Source of the DNA: an uncultured Gammaproteobacteria bacterium
GTDB taxonomy: Bacteria > Patescibacteriota > Microgenomatia > Levybacterales > GWA1-39-11
Length of the DNA: 64,000 bases
Assembly: GCA_964427615.1 (NCBI GenBank)
Contig: CAYRUR010000003.1
Coordinates: 44,062-108,061 of the forward strand
Direction: 5' to 3'
Positions 17,795 through 27,128 of this stretch are shown piece by piece (the first letter of the stretch is position 1; every line of letters begins with the position of its first letter). Below the pieces are notes generated by a model. It made no database searches. It saw only the letters and a program-made list of their open reading frames with translations, and was not told where the DNA came from. The position numbers and the translations under genes were made by a program.

Positions 17795-18716
17795 ATTTTA
17801 TCGGATATTCGTCTTCTTTTACTCCTGAATGAACAAAGAGATCAGCAAGTAATCCAGTAAATATAGTCTGTATTCCTGCTAATACAAATAGTATACCAAA
17901 TAACAATAATGGTCGTTGTCCAATGCTTGCTCCGTTGATTTTTAAAATAATAAGATATAAAAGACTAACAGCTCCAATGAAGAAGATAAAACCACCAACT
18001 TTCCCAAAGAAATGAAGCGGCCTTCTGGTGTACTTGGTAATAAAGTAAATAGTTACCAAATCAGGAATATCAGTAAATACTTTTGTCATTTTGTATTTTG
18101 ACTTTCCGTATTTTCGAGGATGATGTGTTGCTTCTTGTTCTCCTACCTTAAAACCCATTTCATTGGCAATAACAGGAATAAAACGATGCATGCCTCCATA
18201 GATATAAATATTTTTTGCTAAGTCTTTTTTAAAGATTTTAAGACCGCTATTCAAATCATGAACCTTCATATCAAATAAGAATGAGACCAGACCATTAAAA
18301 AATTTAGAGGTAAATCTTTTATACAAATTATCTTTTCTATTTTTTCTCCATCCAGTTACTAGATCAAAATTGCCTTTTACCATTTTTTCATGGAGTGCTT
18401 TGATATTTTTAGGATCATCTTGTAAGTCTGCGTCAAGGGTTACAATAAATGCTCCTCTAGCTTCCTTAAAACCCAACATCATTGCATTTGATTTCCCAAG
18501 ATTTCTTCTAAAAGAAAAAACTCGTATTTGCTCATACTGTTTTTCCAGTCTTTTCAAGATATCAAAAGAAGCATCAGTAGACCCATCATCTACAAAAATG
18601 ATTTCATACGGTGCTTTTAGTTTTGAAAATTGAGTGGAAATGCCTTGCAGCAACTCTTTCAAACTTTCTTCTTCATTGTATACGGGAATAACAATTGAAA
18701 ATTGTACAGTATTCAT
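17778..18716 (-). CDS. glycosyltransferase family 2 (ArnC/DPM-like)
   Basis: IPVYNEEE, VDDGSTD, DADLQDDP, HRFIP; two C-terminal TM helices. Confidence 0.92.
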   Translation of the reverse strand: MNTVQFSIVIPVYNEEESLKELLQGISTQFSKLKAPYEIIFVDDGSTDASFDILKRLEKQYEQIRVFSFRRNLGKSNAMMLGFKEARGAFIVTLDADLQDDPKNIKALHEKMVKGNFDLVTGWRKNRKDNLYKRFTSKFFNGLVSFLFDMKVHDLNSGLKIFKKDLAKNIYIYGGMHRFIPVIANEMGFKVGEQEATHHPRKYGKSKYKMTKVFTDIPDLVTIYFITKYTRRPLHFFGKVGGFIFFIGAVSLLYLIILKINGASIGQRPLLLFGILFVLAGIQTIFTGLLADLFVHSGVKEDEYPIKYASEK

Positions 18717-18794
18717 AATAAATTCTTTCAAGAATTGCTTGTAAGTATATCAGAAATGAGGCTAATTCACAAAAGGAATTCTTCTTCTTTCTTC

Positions 18795-18918
18795 ACCCTT
18801 TCCTAAGAGGAGAGAGTGGGGGTGAGGTTGAAAAAAGTATGTCTTTTGTAAATCGTATAGTTGGATGAATACTTCCTTTCTTTCACCCTCACCTTAGTCC
18901 TCTCCCTCAGGAGAGGAA
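18795..18918. repeat. REP-like hairpin pair (CCCTCACC...CTCTCC...GGAGAG family)
   Basis: GGAGAGAGTGGGGGTGAGG and CCCTCACCTTAGTCCTCTCCCTCAGGAGAGG in inverted arrangement. Confidence 0.55.
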
Positions 18919-19128
18919 ATGTATATAATCTCTAAACCTGAAATAGGTGCGCATTGCTTTCTGTTTTCTGCTCACCGTTTTTTTCTCATTCCTGAATCTC
19001 AAATCTTGAATCATACATTCTGAATCTTGCCTTCATACTTAATACTTACTTCTTAATACTTTATTCTCTTTCTAACCTTTTGATTGAGTGTTATAGGGTT
19101 ATTTGGTACAATTGTGAGGAGTAAAGAT

Positions 19129-19201
19129 GCGCTCGTAGCTCAATGGATAGAGCACTGGTCTTCGGAACCAGTGGTTGGGGGTTCGAGTCCCTTCGAGCGC
19201 G
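19129..19201 (+). tRNA. tRNA-Arg (TCG)
   Basis: Cloverleaf GCGCTCG/CGAGCGC; anticodon arm CTGGT-CT-TCG-GA-ACCAG; T loop TTCGAGT. Confidence 0.95.
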
Positions 19202-19260
19202 CATTTTAATACTGCATAATTTTTCTTCCGATTCCATTTTATCTAGTACTATCAATTTTC

Positions 19261-19289
19261 TTGCTTAGGTAAAGGTGAGATAGTATAAT
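19261..19289 (+). promoter_or_regulatory. tRNA-Lys promoter
   Basis: TTGCTT-17nt-TATAAT. Confidence 0.6.
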
Positions 19290-19306
19290 AGGGAAGTCCG
19301 AATCTC

Positions 19307-19379
19307 GGGCGACTAGCTCAATTGGCAGAGCAAGTGGCTCTTAACCACTAGGTTCAGGGTTCGAGTCCCTGGTCGCTCA
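19307..19379 (+). tRNA. tRNA-Lys (CTT)
   Basis: GGGCGAC/GTCGCTC acceptor; AGTGG-CT-CTT-AA-CCACT; GGTTCGAGTCC. Confidence 0.95.
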
Positions 19380-19471
19380 CAAATCATTACTTTTCACCAC
19401 GAACTTCTGGTTATAAAGTTCTCTTAATAAGTTCTGTGGAAGATTGAGGTGTATATCAATTCTTTCAGGAA

Positions 19472-19567
19472 TCATTTGCCCGCTACAAAGAGCTTGGAGT
19501 GAACTTTAGACATATACTTGATAGCTATGTTGCATAAAGAGGGATTGTACTTTGTTGGTTTTCCCAT
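19472..19567 (-). pseudogene. possible truncated phage terminase-small-like remnant
   Basis: 31-aa ORF MGKPTKYNPSLCNIAIKYM resembles GRPTKY-type N-termini; upstream TATAAT. Confidence 0.3.
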
Positions 19568-19666
19568 AAGCATACTTTAATTATACCTTTTTGAAGGTAA
19601 AGTTAGTTAAGAATTAACCACTAAACACTCAATAAAGTGTCCATCGTTTTGATATACTCCTCTTGT

Positions 19667-20398
19667 ATGAAAAAGACAAAGAAAATATTACGCAGCAAAT
19701 TAGAACACTATTCTCGTGATAAAAAGCAACTTACTCCACCATTTGCCACTATGAAGATGTCGCAGATTTTTTGGTATAGCGAGATGCTACCAGAGTTTAT
19801 TTGGATAGATTCATTGGTAAGTTACTATGGTGAGCTTGAAGCATCTATTTATTACAACAAGGTACTAGATATGCTTGATGAATATAACCTAGATAAGGAC
19901 AAAATACTTCTTGGTACTGTATCGTCATTCAATCAGATTGACCCTAAAAGCAGAAAGCTCATTACTGACAAGAATAAATTTCTTATAGAGGATGCACTTG
20001 TTAAACCTTTTGGGGCAATTATCAATCTTTATCCTGATATACCAATGAAATGGTTAATTAAAGGTCAACAAATCTATGGAAGCAAAGAAGATGCTATTAA
20101 AGAAGTAAGAGAAGCAATACTTCGTTTATTTCCAGCAAAGGATTCTCATAGTGGTTTTTGCCGTGCCGTTCCACTAAATCGCTTTTTTAAGCATAATAAG
20201 TTATTTATTACTCAGAATATGGAGGAAACTATTAAAGCTATTGAGGAATATCCTAATGGTGATAGGTATAGAGCTGAATCATTTGCACGAAATGTTATAA
20301 ATATGGAGTTTGAAAGAAGAAAGGCGGAGGACAACAATTTTATAAAATGGAGTAAGTATTTTTGGAATTATAATTATAGTCTTACTAAATGTATATGA
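19667..20398 (+). CDS. hypothetical protein, translationally coupled to the DUF5677-like gene
   Basis: KKQLTPPF...LPEFIW motif; ATGA overlap at 20395-20398. Confidence 0.75.
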   Translation: MKKTKKILRSKLEHYSRDKKQLTPPFATMKMSQIFWYSEMLPEFIWIDSLVSYYGELEASIYYNKVLDMLDEYNLDKDKILLGTVSSFNQIDPKSRKLITDKNKFLIEDALVKPFGAIINLYPDIPMKWLIKGQQIYGSKEDAIKEVREAILRLFPAKDSHSGFCRAVPLNRFFKHNKLFITQNMEETIKAIEEYPNGDRYRAESFARNVINMEFERRKAEDNNFIKWSKYFWNYNYSLTKCI

Positions 20399-21636
20399 AA
20401 GACGAAGCAAAGAAAAAAGAGATTATTGATTTTACTGGTAAAATCGCCTCTTTGGGGCGTGAACTGATTGATGAAGTTATTAAAGTAATTGAGGAACAGC
20501 AGAAAGAAATAAAAGTTGACTTATTTAGTCCAGAGAAAGACCAAGTAATTAATGGTTTATTTTTTAGAACTCTCCGCTTTTATCACTCATTCGTAATTAG
20601 CTTCCATTTTTGGTCAATGGATATGTCAGAAATAATTACGAGGTCAATGCTTGAAAGTAAGTACTATCTAAAGTTCCTATTAGATAATGATAAAGAAGAA
20701 TTTTATCAAGAGTTCGTTAAGTATGGTATAGGACAAGAGAAACTCTATAAATTACATTTAGCTCGTTTAATAGATGAGGGGAAAATTGAAAAAACAGATA
20801 GTCTTGTAGATTTTATTGATTCTCAAAGTGATGACGAAATATGGGACGAATTAGTTTCAATTAAATTAAAAAACTTTGATGATATTAGAAAAATAGCTGA
20901 TTCAATTGGTGAAAAGGATTCTTATTCACTTGAATACCAACCTTACTCAATTACAATACATGGCCAGTGGCCAGCACTTCGGAAGTTTTATTTGAGAAGA
21001 TGTGAAGACCCGTTGCATAGGTTTCACTACATTGGTACAACTCAACTTCCTCCATTAGACCCTCGTACTTTATTTCAAACAGAAGCTATTTTTTATGATA
21101 CCTACTTACTATGGATTAAGCATTATGGTTTAGAAGATAAAATCAAACCTCTACTAGATAATTATGCTAAAAAGTTAGATAGTATATTTAGTATGGAAGA
21201 AAAATTAAGAAAAGGCACAGTTTGTTTTATTCAAGACGGTAATAGTATACTTCTCGCTTTAATTGAATACGCTTCAACTGATAGAAAATGGAATGGTATT
21301 GGAGGTTTTGCAGAAGAAGGAGAATCTTTAGAAGAAGCTGTTGTTCGTGAAGCAAGTGAAGAAACTGAAATATCTCTTGATAAGAATGACTTAAAAAGGG
21401 TTGCGGAGCTAAACTTCTCACCATCTTTTCAATTAAATGTCTTTTTAGCAAGCAAATGGAGTGGTGAGCTTAATATAAAGGATAGTTCACTAAAAGAACT
21501 AAAATGGTTTCCCAAAAGTGATTTGCCTTATGAACAGATGCACGAAGGCAATAGAGATTGGCTAGAACCAACTCTAAAAGGCAAACTAGTTAGATTGGTT
21601 GACAATAAACTAGAAGAAGTAAGTTCTTTTGAGTAA
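20395..21636 (+). CDS. DUF5677-like (HEPN-like) domain fused to C-terminal Nudix hydrolase
   Basis: RSMLES, YGIGQEKL, SITIHGQW, CEDPLHRFH; Nudix box GGFAEEGESLEEAVVREASEET. Confidence 0.75.
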   Translation: MKDEAKKKEIIDFTGKIASLGRELIDEVIKVIEEQQKEIKVDLFSPEKDQVINGLFFRTLRFYHSFVISFHFWSMDMSEIITRSMLESKYYLKFLLDNDKEEFYQEFVKYGIGQEKLYKLHLARLIDEGKIEKTDSLVDFIDSQSDDEIWDELVSIKLKNFDDIRKIADSIGEKDSYSLEYQPYSITIHGQWPALRKFYLRRCEDPLHRFHYIGTTQLPPLDPRTLFQTEAIFYDTYLLWIKHYGLEDKIKPLLDNYAKKLDSIFSMEEKLRKGTVCFIQDGNSILLALIEYASTDRKWNGIGGFAEEGESLEEAVVREASEETEISLDKNDLKRVAELNFSPSFQLNVFLASKWSGELNIKDSSLKELKWFPKSDLPYEQMHEGNRDWLEPTLKGKLVRLVDNKLEEVSSFE

Positions 21637-21941
21637 TTAAGTTCTAGTTTTAGTATGAAGTTGGTGTAGTACAGCCATATCTGATGATTCAGTTGATATT
21701 ATATTGACCTTCAAGGACTTTACTGGTGATAGTGGTGACTTCTGGAATAAAATCGGCTCTGCCTGAAACTCCAATTTCCCCAACATAGTTCCAGGAGTCA
21801 TAAACTTTGGTAGTATTTCTTCCAGAAGACTGTATTCTTTGTTACTGCATACTTGATTTTCATATATTCATATTCTACCAGGTAATATTAATTATTGTTA
21901 ACTACAGGTTAAGGGTTTATAATACTAAATTATCTACAAAT

Positions 21942-22640
21942 ATGAAAAGTGTCAGGGATTGGGAACATCAACAAATGCAGAATACCCCTCGTCCAGAAAC
22001 TCAAATTATAACCTTACTTACAGAACACTTAGAAAGTATTGGTAACCTGCGTAGCGAGGAAAATAGGGAAAGCTCAATAGCTTTTGAAGAGTGGCAATCA
22101 AGTGTTGATTCTATTTTAAGGAGAATATTCGGTGAAAAAAGTCCAGAAAGAGAAAAGTTTAATGAAATAAATTATTATCCGACAGTTGGGAGTATTAATG
22201 AATATGTAGATTATACGGCAGATTATATTAAAGCATATAATGATGGTCTGGATAAAGCTTCTGGACAACTCCGAAGTATTATAAAAATGCTTCAATCACT
22301 GGGCATGCCAGTATCTCAGCCTGTAATTAAAAAAACTGGTACCACGATTAGTGTAAATCCTATTTTTAATCAAAACCAGAACAACGAAATGAAACAAGAA
22401 CAACATCAAGAGGTAAATATTACCTTAGAACAAGCGTTGGATAATTCATTATCATATATTAAACAACACCACACGGAAGAGACTATTAAAAACGCAGAGG
22501 ATGTTCTACAACCTTTAAAAGAAAAAGATGTGACTTGGCCACAAGTTCAAAAAGCTATAATGTTTTTTCTGGGTTTAGGACGAGAAGCTTTTTTCGCTTT
22601 TGCTCCTGTACTATATCAGATGGCAATGACTAAACCTTAA
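21942..22640 (+). CDS. hypothetical protein (island cargo)
   Basis: FEEWQSSVDSILRRIFG helical N-terminus, Q/N-rich linker, amphipathic C-terminus. Confidence 0.65.
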   Translation: MKSVRDWEHQQMQNTPRPETQIITLLTEHLESIGNLRSEENRESSIAFEEWQSSVDSILRRIFGEKSPEREKFNEINYYPTVGSINEYVDYTADYIKAYNDGLDKASGQLRSIIKMLQSLGMPVSQPVIKKTGTTISVNPIFNQNQNNEMKQEQHQEVNITLEQALDNSLSYIKQHHTEETIKNAEDVLQPLKEKDVTWPQVQKAIMFFLGLGREAFFAFAPVLYQMAMTKP

Positions 22641-23029
22641 TTGAATGTTTTTTTATAGGTAATTGGCCATAAAGTACTTATTCTTTTGAGCTTTATTTTT
22701 ACCAATTCTAATAAGTTTACTATCCATTTTATATTGTGAAATGACTAATCTATATTTATCATAATAGTCGATAGGTATAATATAATCATTAGGTAGTTCC
22801 TGGTGAGAATTAATGTCTGACTCGATATTAATACGCCAAACCTACTGCAGACAATAAATAATAGTGTGGTTTTAGTACTACCTTTAGTCCACATCATGTT
22901 GCAAGATTAATAAAATTAAATTGGAATCCCCATTATTGTATTCTTAGTAATAAAGCAATTCCTTCATTTATTAAGTAGTATTACAAGAAGTTTAATAGAA
23001 ATTAGGTGAGTATTGAAGCAATTTTGTAA

Positions 23030-24484
23030 ATGGTTTATGCTAAGAATGTGAGAAAAAAGAAAGTACAAAACAAACTGTACGTTTTACCATCTTCTGCAGG
23101 AAAAATAGAACTAGCCTTTATCCTTTTGCTCGGTGCGCTTATTTTTGGTGCTGCTATGATGGGAGGGCTTATTGGAAAGAAAAAACTATCAGAAACAGCA
23201 ACTCCTATGTCAACAGAAACCAATGTTGTATGTTGTGATACAGGGGATGGAGATGCTTGCAAACCACAAACAGGAGAAAATCAGAAAATTACTTACAATG
23301 GAGTAGAATATGGACTGATTAAATCGGATGTTCAATTTATAGAAGGAAATTTACATTTACAAGACTCAGGTCAAAAAGCAAATGGTAATCCAATTATTAT
23401 CAATCCTTCAGAAGGTCATGGATTGAGGATCCCACAAGTACAATCTGGCTGTGAGCGTCCTAATCCTGTGAGCCAGAAAAAAGATCTTTATTTTGCAAAA
23501 ACCCCACCTGATCCATACATGTTTATGAAACCCGGTTGGACTTATAACCAAATGCAAACTTATTGTACCTCTATACCTGATGATCAAATGGTTTTTGTGT
23601 GTAAAAAGGATTGCCAACCACAAGCCTGCTCTATTGGGAGCTCTGACCATACTATCAAGTGTTACGGCACTACCAATAGTGTGTATGACGTATATTTCAG
23701 GCTTAATGATTTCCCTTCTCCTGGTATTCCTGACTTTATTAAGTATTGTGACAAAACAGCAATTCCCAATCAAAAATCAAATGAGGAGATAAAACAGAAA
23801 ATTGTAGTACCAACAGGTGAAGGGGGAGATAAAAAAGAATCATTACAACTAAAGACCTTTTCTATTATTGGCCAACGAGCTGCCAGTCCTGTTTTTTCAC
23901 CTCTTTGTAAACCTGCTATTTATCTCTATCCTCCTCAAAAAACAAATATCAATGTACAGGTACATCCAGAAGGTCCCATGACACTTACTATTCCTCCCTA
24001 TCCTGCAAATGGATGGAATGTTACCGCATATCCTGATGGAAGAATTATAAGTGGTACAAATACATTTGACTATTTATACTATGAAGCAGAAATTCCGGAT
24101 GAGTTTGTCTCAGAAGGAGATACTGGATACGTGGTAGAACAGAAAAATATAGAAAGTTTTCTTAATACAATACTACCCAAACTGGGATTAAATGAGAATG
24201 AAACAAAAGCATTTGTAGAATATTGGGTAAAAGCGCTTAAAACATCACCATATTTCGCTGTGCGAATAGTTTCAGATGATGACTTACATGCTATGGCTCC
24301 TCTGACTATTTCTCCTAAACCCGATACGGTCATCCGCGTTACATTGCTTTTTACTCCCTTAGAAAAGAAGATATCCTTGAAAGAGCCAACTATTTTGCCA
24401 AAAATTCGTAAAGGATTTACGGTCGTCGAATGGGGCGGACTCTACAAACAAGATAAAGACCACCCCTTCACCTGTTTTATGTAA
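23030..24484 (+). CDS. membrane-anchored Cys-rich exported protein with conserved KPAIYLYP...VEWGG C-terminal domain
   Basis: TM helix near the N-terminus, multiple Cys, KPAIYLYP, YLYYE, VVEWGG. Confidence 0.8.
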   Translation: MVYAKNVRKKKVQNKLYVLPSSAGKIELAFILLLGALIFGAAMMGGLIGKKKLSETATPMSTETNVVCCDTGDGDACKPQTGENQKITYNGVEYGLIKSDVQFIEGNLHLQDSGQKANGNPIIINPSEGHGLRIPQVQSGCERPNPVSQKKDLYFAKTPPDPYMFMKPGWTYNQMQTYCTSIPDDQMVFVCKKDCQPQACSIGSSDHTIKCYGTTNSVYDVYFRLNDFPSPGIPDFIKYCDKTAIPNQKSNEEIKQKIVVPTGEGGDKKESLQLKTFSIIGQRAASPVFSPLCKPAIYLYPPQKTNINVQVHPEGPMTLTIPPYPANGWNVTAYPDGRIISGTNTFDYLYYEAEIPDEFVSEGDTGYVVEQKNIESFLNTILPKLGLNENETKAFVEYWVKALKTSPYFAVRIVSDDDLHAMAPLTISPKPDTVIRVTLLFTPLEKKISLKEPTILPKIRKGFTVVEWGGLYKQDKDHPFTCFM

Positions 24485-24548
24485 AAAAGAAGAGCGTTTA
24501 GCGTATAGTGTATAGCGCTTAGATTTTAGGAAAAACTATTAAACAGAC

Positions 24549-24635
24549 GTCATTGCGATCCTGAGCTTGTCGAAGGAGAAGCAATCCCCTTACGAAAAAA
24601 GATCGCCACAGGAACTAGCGTTCCTTCGCGATGAC
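24549..24635. repeat. REP-like element GTCATTGCGA...TCGCGATGAC
   Basis: Terminal GTCAT/ATGAC inverted repeat; internal CCTGAGCTTGTCGAAGG, inverse of TTCGACAAGCTCAGG at about 5766. Confidence 0.65.
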
Positions 24636-24768
24636 AATACAGTTTTCCCTTTAGAATTTCGAATTTAGTGCTTAGAATTTAATCCTCATTTTCTTACTTG
24701 ACTTTATTTATGAGCAGCAAGTAATATATCCCTCGCGCTTGTTGTAAGAAAGCCGTAAGAATAGCTCT

Positions 24769-26076
24769 ATGATATCTGCCCTGCCCAAAAAAACCTTCAA
24801 AAAAATTGCGAGTTTACACCAGAAAATGCAATCATTACCCAATGAAATACGGCATTTGATATATGCCAATGCTATGCTTTCATTTGGCATGGGAGTAAGC
24901 TCTCTCTTCTTAAATATTTATCTCTGGAAACAGAGCAGCGGTCTACAAGACATCGTAACCTTTAATCTCATTCAGTATCCTGCGATTCTTTTTGCATTTA
25001 TTGTTGTAGGGATTATCAAAACTTCAGTAAAACTAAAACAAATGATGGGATTTGGATTTTTACTGTATATTGCCGGTTATGCATTGCTGATGATGTTAGG
25101 GAAACATGCAGTTGAGTACCTTCTTCCTCTTGGTTATTTATTTGGTATTGCAACTGGTTTTTATTGGGCTGGCAATAATACACTCACTTTTCTTTCAACA
25201 AAGGAAAAAAATAGAGATACTTTTTATGCACTCAATGCCTCAATTGGTTCATTTATATCAGTACTTACACCTCTTGTCAGTATGCTTGTTTTTTCTCAAT
25301 TTTTATTGCATACCCAAAGTGAATACACCCGTTATTTTTTACTTTTCTCTGTAGCCATTCTTATTTTTAGCTTTGGACTGTACTACTCGCTCAAACTGCC
25401 AAGTACACATGTGCCTAAAATTCGAGCGCGAGATACTATTAACCCCTTAAAGGATAGAATGTGGCAGATCGTTTCACTTTCACTTTTTTTTGAGGGATTT
25501 AAGGGAGGATCAGCAGGATTTATTGCATCCATCCTTACTTTCCAAGTTTTGACAACAGAGTTTGATATGGGATTATACAACAGCATTTTTGCCTTGTTAA
25601 GTGCAGCTGTTGCTTACAAGATGGCAGGGCGTTTGAATAAAAAAAATAGGATGAAGTTTGGATTTGTAGGTGCTACGTTATTTTTATTCTCTAATATTTT
25701 TTTTATAGGCATGTTTTCCTCAACTGGAATTTTAATTAGCTCTGCTATTGCTCTTTTTGCCAACCCTCTCTTTAGTGTAGGACTGGCTTCATCATTTTTC
25801 AGAGCTATAGACCACAATCCCAATCATAAAGAAGAATATTATAAATACATAACGTTTAGAGAGTTGATTCTTACTGTAGGTAGATTCTGTGGTGCATCTT
25901 TCTTTCTACTATTCTTAAATATCGGCAGCCAACTCACTATGGCAAAAGTATGGTATTTATTCTTAGGAGTTATTCCTCTGATTTATTTTCTGCTGACCCG
26001 CCATTTTGAGAAAATGATAGAAAAAGAATTAGCGTTTCAAAGTACCTCATTGCTTGAAGAAGAAGCTCAGAACTAG
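24769..26076 (+). CDS. MFS transporter
   Basis: About 12 TM helices; LFLNIYLW, GFYW, FRELILTVGR. Confidence 0.85.
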   Translation: MISALPKKTFKKIASLHQKMQSLPNEIRHLIYANAMLSFGMGVSSLFLNIYLWKQSSGLQDIVTFNLIQYPAILFAFIVVGIIKTSVKLKQMMGFGFLLYIAGYALLMMLGKHAVEYLLPLGYLFGIATGFYWAGNNTLTFLSTKEKNRDTFYALNASIGSFISVLTPLVSMLVFSQFLLHTQSEYTRYFLLFSVAILIFSFGLYYSLKLPSTHVPKIRARDTINPLKDRMWQIVSLSLFFEGFKGGSAGFIASILTFQVLTTEFDMGLYNSIFALLSAAVAYKMAGRLNKKNRMKFGFVGATLFLFSNIFFIGMFSSTGILISSAIALFANPLFSVGLASSFFRAIDHNPNHKEEYYKYITFRELILTVGRFCGASFFLLFLNIGSQLTMAKVWYLFLGVIPLIYFLLTRHFEKMIEKELAFQSTSLLEEEAQN

Positions 26077-26092
26077 AAGTTATTTCAAAACT

Positions 26093-26198
26093 GTCATTCT
26101 GGTAAGCCAATAGGCGCATCCAGAATCTCGATTGGTTCATAAATTGATTCTGGGCAAGTCCTTCGACCATGAGCTCAGGACCGAATGGCCAGAATGAC
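26093..26198. repeat. REP/MITE-like element (GTCATTCTGG...CCAGAATGAC)
   Basis: Same termini and internal CCAGAATC/GATTCTGG as 1069-1150. Confidence 0.75.
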
Positions 26199-26274
26199 TA
26201 AATAAGGAGGTTTTGAAATGAGTTCTAGGTAACTTGTCCAGAATCAGAAAAGAGTTTATAATTTGGCTTTGATT

Positions 26275-27003
26275 ATGGACTTTATATATGCTCTTGGTAT
26301 CCCACTAGCCATTTTTTTATTAAAAACACTAAAAAAGGCAAAAGCAGGGAGGCGGTTAGGTATTACCAAAAAAAATGAAGTATTTCTGTATTTATTCTTA
26401 TTTTTAGTGTCATTTGTTCTAGTTACTTTTTTCCCAAAAGAGTTAGACCAGTTCCTTTCTTCTTTCACGGCAGGCAATCAGCAGTCCACTTCTGAAACAA
26501 AACAGCAAATATCACAAAATACAACAGTTACCCGTGTTATAGATGGCGATACAGTAGAAATACAAGGAGGAGCAAAAGTGAGATATATAGGCATAGATAC
26601 CCCGGAGTCAGTCAAACCAAATACACCTATTCAATGTTTTGCCAAAGAAGCTTCTGAGAAAAATAAAGAACTAGTATTAGGCAAAGAAGTAAGGCTTGAA
26701 AAAGATGTTTCAGAGACTGATAAATACGGAAGACTATTGCGATATGTGTATGTAGGAGACACCATGATAAATGAAGTACTAGTAAAAGAAGGATATGCAC
26801 ATGCGGTCTCATATCCTCCAGATGTTAAATATCAAGAAAAGCTACGATTTGCAGAGCAGTTTGCTCGGGAAAATAATAAAGGACTATGGAATTCATGTAA
26901 TCAAGAAAGTACTTTTAATTCACAACCCATAAATGCAGTTTTTCAGTCTCCTATTATAGAAGCAGGTAGTTCGGCAAAAAAAAGGATTCTGGGAAATGTA
27001 TAA
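26275..27003 (+). CDS. membrane-anchored thermonuclease (SNase family)
   Basis: RVIDGDT, RYIGIDTPE, DKYGRLLRYV, NKGLW. Confidence 0.92.
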   Translation: MDFIYALGIPLAIFLLKTLKKAKAGRRLGITKKNEVFLYLFLFLVSFVLVTFFPKELDQFLSSFTAGNQQSTSETKQQISQNTTVTRVIDGDTVEIQGGAKVRYIGIDTPESVKPNTPIQCFAKEASEKNKELVLGKEVRLEKDVSETDKYGRLLRYVYVGDTMINEVLVKEGYAHAVSYPPDVKYQEKLRFAEQFARENNKGLWNSCNQESTFNSQPINAVFQSPIIEAGSSAKKRILGNV

Positions 27004-27011
27004 TACAAAGT

Positions 27012-27122
27012 ATGGACTTGGCTCAAGAAGTGTTTGTTATTTTACTTCCTATTTTTCTATTTGTTACTACTATTATTGGAATCCTGGCAATTATTTTTGC
27101 AAGAAAGAATACTAAAAAGTGA
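27012..27122 (+). CDS. 36-aa single-TM microprotein
   Basis: MDLAQEVFVILLPIFLFVTTIIGILAIIFARKNTKK; TATAAT a few nt upstream of the ATG. Confidence 0.5.
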   Translation: MDLAQEVFVILLPIFLFVTTIIGILAIIFARKNTKK

Positions 27123-27128
27123 GACACT

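Noticed and set aside
22790-22810. Possible att repeat of the tRNA-Lys 3' end (AGTTCCTGGT vs AGTCCCTGGT)
   Set aside because: Only about 10 nt with a mismatch; expected by chance.
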